Virus record (IMG/VR): IMGVR_UViG_3300025013_000002
Span: 18,562 to 82,561 of that record
Source of the DNA: a virus
Strand: one strand, 5' to 3'
Length of the DNA stretch: 64,000 nucleotides
Each line of letters opens with the position of its first letter. Position 1 is the stretch's first letter. A program made the translations under genes and the position numbers. This document shows, piece after piece, positions 53,595-63,600 of this stretch. Under the pieces are notes generated by a model, which saw only the letters and a list, made by a program, of their open reading frames with translations, did no database searches and was not told the DNA's origin.

Positions 53595-54593
53595 ATGGAA
53601 AATAAAACGTTCAACCTCTTGACCAAATTTGAGGTCAAAGCATCGACATCCCCTCCTCACGATCCCAATTCCGTAGACACTGGAGATTCCGAAGTAATCA
53701 AAATTGCTGGCTACGCAAACTTTGCAGGGGCTGTAGAAGAAGGTGCCCCGATGGTAGACCTCTCCGGCGACGTGATCGTCCCCTCAGGGATAGACGTGTC
53801 TGTCTGGAAGAAAAACCCTCAGATCCTCTGGCAGCACGATAGGCACTGCACTATTGGTCGAGGTATCTCCGTAGTCAAGAAGAAGGACGGTCTTTACATC
53901 GAAGCCGAAATCCATAAGGGCGCGATGGAGGACGAAGACTTCTACCGGATCAAGTCTGGGTTGATCTCCTACTTCTCTGTTGGCTTTCGCACGATGGCGG
54001 GTGAATTCAAGAAGGTTGGGGATCGCCAGGTTTACTTCATCACTAAGTGCCTCCTTTTGGAGGTATCCGCCGTTGGAATCCCCTGTTGCTCCGACGCATC
54101 CTTCCAAATCATCAAATCCCTCCCCGACGATGGAGGTTTTTACGCAGGTGAACTAACAGGAAAAATTTGTCCCACCATTGAAAATGAAATTCAAGAACAA
54201 AAAGGAGTAGCAATGAAATTCGTTTCTACACTCAGAGACACCCTGCCCGAGGCAGAGGTCAAACGCCTGGAGGCCCTCGGGATGGGCGCAAAGCTTGAGG
54301 AGGAAATCGAGGTCGATGCCAAAGCATACATCGGTGAGATTGTCTCCAGAGCAACCGCCGAATTCACCGATGCAATGAAGGCCCTTCAGGAAGAAATAGC
54401 CAAGCTTCAGGACCAACTCAAAGAGGTTCCTGTGGAGGAACCTGCGGAAGCTACTGAAGAGGAAAAAGAAGCTCCCGCTGAAGAGACCGAGGAAAAAGAG
54501 GCACCTGCTGAAGATGAACTCAGCGAGGAAGACGTGACTACCATCAAAGGACTGCTTGAGCAGCTCGCAGAAATCAAAAAGGCGCTCGACTAA
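53595..54593 (+). CDS. Prohead protease (HK97-type) with acidic scaffold-like C-terminus
   Basis: IAGYAN; ILWQHD; FSVGF; LLEVSAVGIP. Confidence 0.9.
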   Translation: MENKTFNLLTKFEVKASTSPPHDPNSVDTGDSEVIKIAGYANFAGAVEEGAPMVDLSGDVIVPSGIDVSVWKKNPQILWQHDRHCTIGRGISVVKKKDGLYIEAEIHKGAMEDEDFYRIKSGLISYFSVGFRTMAGEFKKVGDRQVYFITKCLLLEVSAVGIPCCSDASFQIIKSLPDDGGFYAGELTGKICPTIENEIQEQKGVAMKFVSTLRDTLPEAEVKRLEALGMGAKLEEEIEVDAKAYIGEIVSRATAEFTDAMKALQEEIAKLQDQLKEVPVEEPAEATEEEKEAPAEETEEKEAPAEDELSEEDVTTIKGLLEQLAEIKKALD

Positions 54594-54624
54594 GAGCACA
54601 AAACCACACAGGAGATTCAAACAC

Positions 54625-55977
54625 ATGAGTAAAGAAATTCTTGAGCAGCTCCAGGGCGAAGTCGCCAACATCACCAAATCTCTGGCTGATAAAGTCAACG
54701 CAGGCCAGGCCGCAGAAGTCAAAGAGCTTAGCGATAAGCTGACCGCTCTCCAGGCTCAGGTGTCCGAGAAGCGTCACCAGTTCGCTGTTGACCAGCACGT
54801 AGTCAAGGAGAAGGACGTAGCGGTAGAGCGCAAGATGGATGAGCTTCTGATCGCGTCCACCCTTATGCGTACCAAGTCGGGCCACCTCACCGATGCCTAC
54901 GGTAGGCTTGTCGCCACCCCGGAGTATCGTGATGCGCTTAAAGCTGCTGGCTTCACCGCAGATCCCATGACCACCGGGGCTGCTACCAACGGCGCTGAGT
55001 TTATTCCCACCGCCTTCTCCAGCACCCTGCAGGAAGAGATCTTCCTGAAGCTGGAAATTGCCGACTTGTTCGGGCGCATGAATATGCCTTCTCCGAACTA
55101 CGTGCTGCCGTTCTCGCCGGGCCGTACCATCGCCCAGGGTGTTGCGGAGTCTGGTGAGCCCACCAAGGTCAAAGCGAAAACCGCAAAGATCACCTTCGAC
55201 GCACAGAAGATCATGAGCAACATTGAGTTCACCGACGAGTTCGAGCAGGACTCCATCGTCGCCGTGCTTCCGTTCATCCGCAAGCAGCTCATCGACGGCT
55301 TCGCGCTCGCGCAGGAAACCATGTCCCTGAACGGCGATATCAACGGCGATCTGCTTGCCAACGGTGCTTACGGCGCCACTGACTGCCGTAAGCTGGTCGC
55401 AGGTATCCGTGCCGACGCCACCAACGCAGCCGCAGGTAACGCCGCTGTTTCGTTCGCCTCTGGCGGGTTCACAGCGGATAACCTGCGTTCCCTCCGTACC
55501 GCGATGGGCAAGTATGGCAAAACCCCGTCTGACCTCGCAATCATAGTGAGCATGGCTGACTACAACAAGATGCTGGCGACCGCCTGGAACAGCGGGGCAT
55601 TCCAGATGCTCTACTCCTACGGCGCGGGTGCTACCCTCCTGAAAGGTGAAATGGGCCGCTTCGACAACATCCCGATCATTGTCTCCGAACTGGTCCCGCT
55701 GGCTAACGCAGCTTCCACCGCTGACCTGTCGGATGCACTCGGGGGCCTGAACGCTTCCGGTCAGCACGACTACACCACCGCAGGCAACAACACCAAGACC
55801 ACCTGCGTGCTGGTCAACAAAAACGCCTACATGTGGGGTGATCGCAAAGAGTTCAGCCTGGAGACCTTCCGCAACCCGTACAACCAGACCCTGAGCCTGA
55901 TCGGTTCGCAGCGCCTCGACTTCCAGAAAGTCCTGTCCGCTACCTCCCCGACCTGCGCGGTAGGCATCAACTACTAA
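54625..55977 (+). CDS. Major capsid protein (HK97 fold)
   Basis: Coiled-coil delta-like N-terminus; GAEFIPT; position after the protease; ATG 54625 with AGGAG RBS. Confidence 0.9.
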   Translation: MSKEILEQLQGEVANITKSLADKVNAGQAAEVKELSDKLTALQAQVSEKRHQFAVDQHVVKEKDVAVERKMDELLIASTLMRTKSGHLTDAYGRLVATPEYRDALKAAGFTADPMTTGAATNGAEFIPTAFSSTLQEEIFLKLEIADLFGRMNMPSPNYVLPFSPGRTIAQGVAESGEPTKVKAKTAKITFDAQKIMSNIEFTDEFEQDSIVAVLPFIRKQLIDGFALAQETMSLNGDINGDLLANGAYGATDCRKLVAGIRADATNAAAGNAAVSFASGGFTADNLRSLRTAMGKYGKTPSDLAIIVSMADYNKMLATAWNSGAFQMLYSYGAGATLLKGEMGRFDNIPIIVSELVPLANAASTADLSDALGGLNASGQHDYTTAGNNTKTTCVLVNKNAYMWGDRKEFSLETFRNPYNQTLSLIGSQRLDFQKVLSATSPTCAVGINY

Positions 55978-55996
55978 AATCTATTCAGATGTGAAT

Positions 55997-56026
55997 AGGG
56001 CGGGGGCCTTAGCTCCCCCGCCCTTT
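55997..56026 (+). terminator. Intrinsic terminator after the capsid gene
   Basis: AGGGCGGGGG-loop-CCCCCGCCCT then TT. Confidence 0.75.
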
Positions 56027-56048
56027 CTCATAGGGATATAGGAGATTT

Positions 56049-56420
56049 ATGGAACTCGCAGCTAAACAAACCTACAGGGAGCCGTCTTTCGAGATTTGGC
56101 CTGGAGGTGACACCATTGGCTTGGACATCTCTGAGGAGCACAAAGCGCAGATGCTGGCTGACTTCCCCGAGAAGCTCGAAGTGATCGAGGACGTTGAGGC
56201 TTACACCAAGGAGAAGACCGCAAGGCTCGCTGCAGCGGCTGAAAAGTACATGCAGGAGATCCTGGCTCAGTATGAAGATCCTGCGAGCATCTTCAAATCT
56301 GATCCCATGACCAGCAAAGACTCTTTCGAGAAGGAAAAGGATTTCGAGCCCGAGACCAAAGAAGATGCCCTTGAGATTGAGACTCCGGAAGCCAAGCAGC
56401 CCAAAGGCAAAAGGAAATAA
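56049..56420 (+). CDS. Hypothetical virion-module protein
   Basis: ORF with RBS between the capsid and adaptor genes. Confidence 0.65.
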   Translation: MELAAKQTYREPSFEIWPGGDTIGLDISEEHKAQMLADFPEKLEVIEDVEAYTKEKTARLAAAAEKYMQEILAQYEDPASIFKSDPMTSKDSFEKEKDFEPETKEDALEIETPEAKQPKGKRK

Positions 56421-56423
56421 TCC

Positions 56424-57002
56424 ATGAGCTTTACCACGGTAGAAAATGTGAAGACCTTCCTGAACCAGGATGTACTCACCACGGGACAGACCAGCACCAT
56501 CTCGGCGTTGATTCTGTTCATCGATGGGGTGATCAGCAACTACTGTGGCTGGGCGATGCTGGCTAAGGATTACACAGCGAAGAAGTTCAACGGCAATAGC
56601 GACACCGAATTGGACCTGGGCGTTTACCCAATTAACTCGGTTGAAGAAGTTCTGATCTACGAAGATTTGACCTACACCACGTTCGAGGATGTGACTTCCG
56701 ATGTCACGGCAGCGGAGGACGAAGGAATCCTGCTCTTCAAAGACGGAAGCACCTTATTTACCTCGGGGAGGCGAAATGTCTCGATTACGTTCAATGCGGG
56801 GTTCGCTGAAGAAGAGATGCCGGACGACCTCAAGTATGCGGCATCTTACTTGGTCGCCATTGAGTATACCAAGATCGACAAAGAGACTTTGGGCGTATCG
56901 GCCCAGAAGTTCAACAACCTCGAAGAAAAGTTCGAAAGCGATGATCTTCCCATGCTGGTTAAAAGGGTTCTGGACCGCTATCGTAAAATTCTGGTGCTTT
57001 AA
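56424..57002 (+). CDS. Head-tail adaptor (gp6/gp15-like)
   Basis: TTVENVKTFL...ISNYCG...VSITFNAGF...MPDDLKYAA...VKRVLDRYR. Confidence 0.8.
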   Translation: MSFTTVENVKTFLNQDVLTTGQTSTISALILFIDGVISNYCGWAMLAKDYTAKKFNGNSDTELDLGVYPINSVEEVLIYEDLTYTTFEDVTSDVTAAEDEGILLFKDGSTLFTSGRRNVSITFNAGFAEEEMPDDLKYAASYLVAIEYTKIDKETLGVSAQKFNNLEEKFESDDLPMLVKRVLDRYRKILVL

Positions 57003-57017
57003 AAAGGAGGATCTTGG

Positions 57018-57641
57018 ATGAGCAAATTTGCAGCAAGGTTATCCGCCAGAATCCTGAGAACTCGGACAGGGACGATTGATGGTGAGCCCCGGATCATAAA
57101 TCTGGATCGCAACGAGAGCTTCTACGGCTACGTCGAGATCAACACCCAAGCCACCTCCCCTGTCGCCCGAATCAAGACTCACAAAGCCTGGTTCATGCCA
57201 GATGCTCCTGTCGGGGATGGGGAACTGATTCAGGACCGAGCAGACGATAAAAAGTACTTGGTCATGTCGCTGAAGAAGGAAGTGGATGGTGGGGTCTGCG
57301 CCTACATTGACGGCACGGTTTATTTTGTGAACGTCACCTGCAACATCGAGAGATTTTCTTCCTCAACCAGGAACTCCTTCGGCAGGGCTACAGAAGCTGA
57401 AGGCACCATCGTCGCCTACGACATCCCGATCATGACCTCCTCGATGAACATGAACGTCAACGAACAGAAGGACCAGAATCTGGCTCAGGAGAAGATCAAG
57501 GTCGTGATCCAGAGCAAGGTTGAGGCCCAGATAAATGACCGCCTGATTTGTAGTTCAGGCAGCGTGTACAAAGTCAACAGCATCAACCGGGACGACCTGG
57601 TTGGGCTTTGGGTCCTGCACGTAGACGTGGACGTGCGCTAA
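57018..57641 (+). CDS. Putative head-closure or neck protein
   Basis: Position and beta-rich C-terminus. Confidence 0.5.
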   Translation: MSKFAARLSARILRTRTGTIDGEPRIINLDRNESFYGYVEINTQATSPVARIKTHKAWFMPDAPVGDGELIQDRADDKKYLVMSLKKEVDGGVCAYIDGTVYFVNVTCNIERFSSSTRNSFGRATEAEGTIVAYDIPIMTSSMNMNVNEQKDQNLAQEKIKVVIQSKVEAQINDRLICSSGSVYKVNSINRDDLVGLWVLHVDVDVR

Positions 57642-58243
57642 TGATTACTTCGATCAAATTCAAACAATCCGATATGGACCGGATCACCCAAAAAATCAAG
57701 AAACTCGAATCCAACGTGATGGACATCAAGAAGCTCTACTTCGTGATCGAGCACTACGCAAGGGCGTACAGACATGGGGTGGTCAAGGCCATAGGGACTG
57801 TAGCAGCTTCGACGGACATGGAGGGAGGCGGGCACGCTTACCCGGTTATCTCCTTCATGGATTTGTCCGCTTCTCCTGTGGGAGGCTGGGAACCCCTCTC
57901 ACCACAAGCAGTCAACAGCAAGATAAAGCGCGGAGGCAGGGTCACCTTTTGGTACCAGACTGGTACCACCTTCGATGCAGTCTCAGGTGCAACTCTAGTT
58001 GGCTCCTACAGCACCAACAGGACCGCTACGGTGTTCGCTGGGATTGATAGGGCGCGGGATGCAGAGGCGTACAAGCACGCGATCCTAACTGAGTTCGGAG
58101 GAGTGAACGAGAAGAACAAACGAGTTCCGGCCCGAGCCCTCTTCACAATCGCCAACGAACTTTTCAAAACCAAAAGAAACGAAATCGAGAAAGCGGTTAT
58201 GACCGCAGTTTTAGAGGGCGTCAACTGGGGAGGGGCTAAATGA
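57641..58243 (+). CDS. Putative tail completion (HK97 gp10-like) protein
   Basis: AILTEFGG...VPARALF motif; position. Confidence 0.55.
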   Translation: MITSIKFKQSDMDRITQKIKKLESNVMDIKKLYFVIEHYARAYRHGVVKAIGTVAASTDMEGGGHAYPVISFMDLSASPVGGWEPLSPQAVNSKIKRGGRVTFWYQTGTTFDAVSGATLVGSYSTNRTATVFAGIDRARDAEAYKHAILTEFGGVNEKNKRVPARALFTIANELFKTKRNEIEKAVMTAVLEGVNWGGAK

Positions 58244-58662
58244 CACTGACCGACGTAGAAGCGTCCTTCTTCCGGTACCTCTACGAGCAACTCGAAGTGC
58301 CATTTGGCATCCGAGTGTTCGAGGACATTACCTTGGAGGAATACGCAGATTTAGAAAAGTGGGTCGTCATCGAAACCCTGACCAACGTAACCGGCTACCA
58401 GCCGAAGCAATTATGGTTCCTCCACATGGCGACCCAAAACAACGGCAAGCAGTCGAAAGAGGTGCTGATCAGGTTGGTCGATCAGGTCATGCAGGTGGTC
58501 AACAAAGGGACGACCATTGTGGTCTACGACTACGATGACGGACAAGAAATAGGTGGGATGGAGGTTCAAGAAACTAGCCTCAGCCCTGTAATGCCCCACT
58601 TCAGCGGCGGGGCTTTTCGCAGCTTAACAGTCGGCGTAACTTACGCCGCTGAAAACAACTAA
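58240..58662 (+). CDS. Putative tail terminator protein
   Basis: Size and position directly before the tail tube gene. Confidence 0.5.
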   Translation: MTLTDVEASFFRYLYEQLEVPFGIRVFEDITLEEYADLEKWVVIETLTNVTGYQPKQLWFLHMATQNNGKQSKEVLIRLVDQVMQVVNKGTTIVVYDYDDGQEIGGMEVQETSLSPVMPHFSGGAFRSLTVGVTYAAENN

Positions 58663-58674
58663 GGAGATGCACAA

Positions 58675-59766
58675 ATGGCCGTATTAGGAAAAGATTATCA
58701 GCCGATTGTTAAAAATGTAGATGGCGTTTTGGCGGGAGTTGCGCAGGTCCGACTAGGTAAGTCGTCTTATCGCCGAGTCGGAACTGCTGCGGTGGGTACT
58801 CCGGCAGCAGCTTCTAAATCCGAAATCATCATTGATGAATCTGACGGAGTTACTCCTGTGGTTGCGCCCATCTCGGGGCTTCCATCTGACGTGGTTAACA
58901 CTTGGGCGGGTCAGCCTGTAACCGTGATAGGCACATACACCGGTAGATACGATGGCTGCTTCATTGTCCGTGCTGGTGCTTACAACGACACACTCGGGGA
59001 GGTTCTGGCTGCTACTGGGAAGGTCGAAGTATTCGCCCCGAACGGATTCCGGACTCAGCTTACTCTCGTAGCTGGTGCCGTAGCAGCTACTGAGATCGAC
59101 TTGAATGATGAGGTATCTGCTACCACGTCTGGCCTGAGTTTTGCTCTGAACTTCGGGGCATCCCCCACCACACAGGTAGGTGACACTTGGGTGGTTCCGG
59201 TTTGGTCTGGGGTTGCGATAGACAGAACCCAGACATGCATTGTTACCCCCTTCTCGATGTTCAGGGGTGCTAACGAGTCCGTAGGTGGTCTGACTGATGC
59301 AGCTTTCACCCCGAATATAGAAGCCATTGCCCAGCTTGAGTCAGGCTTCCCTGCTGTAGTAATGGACAGGATCGTGACCAAGACCAGTGGGCAAATCACG
59401 TTTGATGCTCAGGAATTCATAAACGAGCGGATTCAGATTATCAAGGACATGGTTTCTCAAATTATCAATAAGGCCAAACTGTCCGCGTGCCCTGTTGAGG
59501 TTGTTATGCGCAGTCGCGGTAACGTTCAGGTCTCCTTTTGGATTCCTAACGCGGGCATTACCAAAGGACCAACCTACAACCCCAAGAATGATTATTCGAC
59601 ATTCCCTTGGGAGATGGAAGCGATCAATCAGACGGAGGTTTCCAAGAATGGGGATTTCGCTGATCTGCCCTCTTCTGGGGACCCCGCTTCTCCGAAAGAG
59701 TACGAAACGTTCCAAGCGTGGTTGAGGAACATCCCGCTTTATAGCGAGTTGTATTACAAGCACTAA
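58675..59766 (+). CDS. Major tail tube protein
   Basis: Position; followed by a terminator, the chaperone pair and the tape measure gene. Confidence 0.65.
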   Translation: MAVLGKDYQPIVKNVDGVLAGVAQVRLGKSSYRRVGTAAVGTPAAASKSEIIIDESDGVTPVVAPISGLPSDVVNTWAGQPVTVIGTYTGRYDGCFIVRAGAYNDTLGEVLAATGKVEVFAPNGFRTQLTLVAGAVAATEIDLNDEVSATTSGLSFALNFGASPTTQVGDTWVVPVWSGVAIDRTQTCIVTPFSMFRGANESVGGLTDAAFTPNIEAIAQLESGFPAVVMDRIVTKTSGQITFDAQEFINERIQIIKDMVSQIINKAKLSACPVEVVMRSRGNVQVSFWIPNAGITKGPTYNPKNDYSTFPWEMEAINQTEVSKNGDFADLPSSGDPASPKEYETFQAWLRNIPLYSELYYKH

Positions 59767-59809
59767 GTTATTGATTTACTTAAACTAATTCAGATGTGAA
59801 TTTAAAATC

Positions 59810-59843
59810 AGAGGGCGAGGTTGATCTCAGCCTCGCCCTCTTG
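59810..59843 (+). terminator. Intrinsic terminator after the tail tube gene
   Basis: AGAGGGCGAGG-loop-CCTCGCCCTCT then TGTTT. Confidence 0.75.
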
Positions 59844-59871
59844 TTTCACGCGACATTCTCTTGGAGGAGAA

Positions 59872-60276
59872 ATGGCTAAGGCTAAAGTAGAACCTAAAGA
59901 AACCTGGAAACAACTCTCGGACAGAAAATACCAACGACTCAACGCCGAAGGCGAGTGGGTCACCCTCGACGTTCCCTACGGCAAAATCGAGATGCTCCTC
60001 TCGGAGTTCCTCGGCAAGAATGGGATCATCGACCCGGCCACCGGGATCGTAAAAACCGACCTGATGACGCTCATATCCAACTTTGGGACCATCGGTGACA
60101 TCATGCTGACCGAGTTTGATGAGCAGGGCAAAGTGAAGGCCCAAGGCAACGTCAAGAATCTCTCGATGACCGAAGTTCCTGCTCTCTTCACGATGGCGGT
60201 CCACATCATCGAAACTTTTATCAACGCGGTATCCTCGATGCAGGGAGCGGGGATGACCGCAGCGGAAAACGAGTAA
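59872..60276 (+). CDS. Tail assembly chaperone (G-like)
   Basis: Position; GGAGG RBS; ends at slippery G GAA AAC. Confidence 0.75.
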   Translation: MAKAKVEPKETWKQLSDRKYQRLNAEGEWVTLDVPYGKIEMLLSEFLGKNGIIDPATGIVKTDLMTLISNFGTIGDIMLTEFDEQGKVKAQGNVKNLSMTEVPALFTMAVHIIETFINAVSSMQGAGMTAAENE

Positions 60277-60623
60277 GAAAAAAGGCTCCCGAGGAAGAAG
60301 ACGATCCTCTCACCATCAACGACCTGCTTCATCTCCTCTCAGAATTCAACCCCCTCTCAGTCATCTACTACAAGTGGAATTACTCCTGGGACGAAATCAA
60401 ACGACTTTACCAAGTCAAGACGAAGGATTGGGCTTCCAAAAGAAAGCTCGATTACGAGTTCCTGATTGACCTCGCAAGCGCAGCTTTGGGAGGCAAGAAA
60501 AAAGGGGAGGGGGAATACGGGCTGGACGAAGGAGATGGGCTGGATGAGATGACGCCGGAACAAGAGCAGGATTGGCGTGAGATTTTGGGTGATGCTGAGT
60601 TCGAGCGTCTGTACGGAAAATAA
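60264..60623 (+). CDS. Tail assembly chaperone, -1 frameshift extension (GT-like)
   Basis: Open -1 frame ...RVRKKAPEEEDDPLTINDLLHLL...FERLYGK* with no early start of its own. Confidence 0.7.
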   Translation, partial: GKRVRKKAPEEEDDPLTINDLLHLLSEFNPLSVIYYKWNYSWDEIKRLYQVKTKDWASKRKLDYEFLIDLASAALGGKKKGEGEYGLDEGDGLDEMTPEQEQDWREILGDAEFERLYGK

Positions 60624-60695
60624 AGCAATCGGAATAGCGGGTTGAACTGGGTTAAGCCTCAAGTTTAACCCGCTATTTCCGTATGGAGAGCATTT

Positions 60696-63600
60696 ATGTC
60701 GCAGAATGAAAAACTGGGAATTGAGATAGTTATTGATCTGAGTGGGGCTAAAAAACAACTCGAAGATCTGAATAAGATCCTAGCCAACGCAGGCAAGGGA
60801 TTTAAAGCTGAAGATTTCGCCAAGTCGTTTGCGTCTGCTTTCGCGAAGGCGTTCAGTAATATCGAGAAGCAGGCTGCACAATCTGCTGAGAAGATCAGCA
60901 AGATCGCCAAGAAACTCGCTGACGCCAATGCCAACGGCCTAACCACAGGGGCTGAAGCACAATCAGCGATAAAACAGTCCACTTTCAACAAGCAGATGGC
61001 AGCGGCCTCCAAAACTATTCAGGATTATTCAAGGCTCGTCCTGAATGCTGATGGGGTTTTGGTGTCGTTTGTCAAGAACCAGAAGGAACTTGCGGCTGCT
61101 GCTGAACGTGCTGCGAAGGCTCTTGTTTCCCAGCAGCGCTCTCAAACCAAGGGCTTCGAGTACATTGACCCCGCAGATAAAAACAAGGGCTACTCCAGAT
61201 CCTCAGTTATTAAGGACCAGAGCATTGCGTTTGACCAAGCGCTTATCGAGAAGGCCACCAGGGAATCCTCCGCAGCCAACAAAGCTCTCTCTGATACCAA
61301 CAAAGCAGCGGCAGCTTCTGCGCGGGAAACTGCAAGAGCAGAACTCGACAGAGCCAGAGCCCACAGGGAAGCAGCTAGAGCAGCGAGGGAGGCCGAGAAG
61401 CCTACAGGAATCCTGGCTGTCTCCTTGAGCAAGCTGACCACCAGGATAGCCGAATTCTACACGATCCGAACTGCCTTATTTGCAGTAACGAACCAGATTC
61501 GTGAGGCAGTAGGCGCATCCATATCCTTGAATCAGTCGATGTACGACATCGCCGCTATTGCAGGGGCACCTGTGGACAGCGTGAACGTGTTCAGTGATGC
61601 CATTTTAACTATCGCCAAGAACTCCAGGTTCACCGCTGATGAAGTCTCTGGGCTCATGAAGGTGCTCGCTCAGGCAGGCGTGAAGATGGAGCAGTTGCCT
61701 GCAGTTTCCGCAGCGGTTGGCATGTTTGCTACAGCCACAGGCTCCAGCCCCGCAGTTTCCGCAGATCTCACCACCACCGCGATGAACGTGTTTGGGATCA
61801 CAGCGGAAAATGTAGCGAAAATAACGAATTCGATGACAGCCGCCTTGAACGAGTCCAAACTCTCTACTGAAGGTTTGGCTACGGCTTTCAACTATCTGGC
61901 TCCTCAAGCCGCGCAATTAGGACTGTCCCTTGAGCAGACCCTCGGGATGATAGCAACCCAAGCCCAGGCGGGCATCAAGCCTTCTACGATTGGTACAGGC
62001 TTGTCCCAGTTGCTGAAGGACTTGGCTGCTCCTAAGCCTCGCCTCAAGAAACTTCTTGAAGTTTATGGGATCGACCAAGATTCCATCGACACGACCAAGC
62101 ACACCCTGGACGAAGTAGCCGACGTATTCAAAAACCACAATGTCAAGGTTCAGGACCTCATGGCTGCAATGGACACTCGTGTGGGTCGTGCGATGATCAC
62201 CTCCATAACCCTCGGGGGAGATGCGTTCCGCCTGATGACCGAGAACGTCACAGGCACCAACGCGACAATGATCGCCTTCGATAAATCCATGCAGGGCGCC
62301 CAAGCACGCCTCAACGTGATCAAGCAGACCTTCGCTAGCACGGTGGTAACTTTAGGACAAGGCGGTTTAGGTGGTGCTTTGTCAGCCATCACTGACGGGA
62401 TTACTTCGTTCGTCAGAGGGCTAGAATCGGCTCCTGGGCAGATAATGCTGGTTGCTACTGGGGTTGGTACCCTAGTGCTGGCTATCAAGGCTCTGTCAGG
62501 CAGTTTGGCTCTTCTGGGTATAGCGGCGAGCGTAGGCCAGATTGGTTTGCTGCTTGGGGCTTTAACCCTGCTGGGTGCTGGAGTAGCAGCAGTCGGCAAC
62601 CACCTCCACAAAGAGGAGGATGCACTCAAGGCCAGCAACGAAGCCTTGGTCAAAAAGAGGACTGTCACTGGTGAATACGTGAAGCTCCTGAATCGTGCTG
62701 CTGTCGAGAACTCTGCGTACAACGAGTCGATGAAGGAGGCCGCTAGGCTTTATCGGGAAGAAGGTGAACTCGCTCTACCCAAAATAGCTAAACTTAAGGG
62801 GCAGGACATCACGCTGACGGCTGAACTCAGGACCGAGATTGCTAAATTTGCTGCGAAGCACCCTGCCTACGTAGAGCTTCTGAACAAGGAAAAAATCAGC
62901 TTGACCGAGTTGTATGAAATCAGAGTCAAGCTCAACAAGGAAAGCCAAGCCGACGACATCTCCAGGATGAACGAGGCGAATAGCATCAACCGAAATATCG
63001 CTACCTTGCAGGCCACGTTGGAGGCCCTAGAGCGCCAGAAAGCTAATCCTAGTAAAGGCAGAACAAAGCGCAGCGTTGATGATGAATTCGAGTCCGAAGA
63101 TTCTCTCATTCAGCGGAAAATAGACAAGGCCAAGCAGACCATCCAGCAGTTGAAAGTGCTGCGCTCCGAAACCCTGAAGCCGGTTCAAATGCCCTACGCC
63201 GCCGATGAGTTGAACCAGGTTCGCCCAATATTCGATAAGGCCAAACCCGAGGCAACAAAAGGCCCGGACATGGGTGGCTCGTCTACAGCAGCGGAAAGTG
63301 CTGCGGATGTGCTCAAGCGGATCAAGAATCGCGAAGAGAAAAACCGGGAGCAGCTTAAGCAGGAAGCTCTCCAGCAGGCCCGCCTCACTGGTGAAGCAGA
63401 GCTGCAGGCGCTTCAAAAGGCAGGCGAAGAAACCAAAGATAAAAAGCTTGCCGTCGAGAAGCAACTTGATGATGAATTCGCTGCCCGGAGGAAAGCAGAG
63501 CGTGCTGCTGCTTTCACGCAACTGGCTGACGACTTCGGCGGCTCTGCTCAGTTGAACGCAGACGGGTCCTACGGAATCACCGGGTACGATAAAAAGTTCA

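Larger units (their letters stand above)
3259..59802. promoter_or_regulatory. Dispersed operator-like family A: AATTCA(G/C)nn(G/C)TGAATT, about 25 copies
   Basis: Copies at 3259, 6070, 10126, 11947, 14533, 16255, 18283, 19279, 19326, 24974, 32677, 33965, 39599, 39629, 39709, 42541, 46636, 46931, 48063, 48166, 48245, 53510, 55983 and 59787. Confidence 0.88.
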
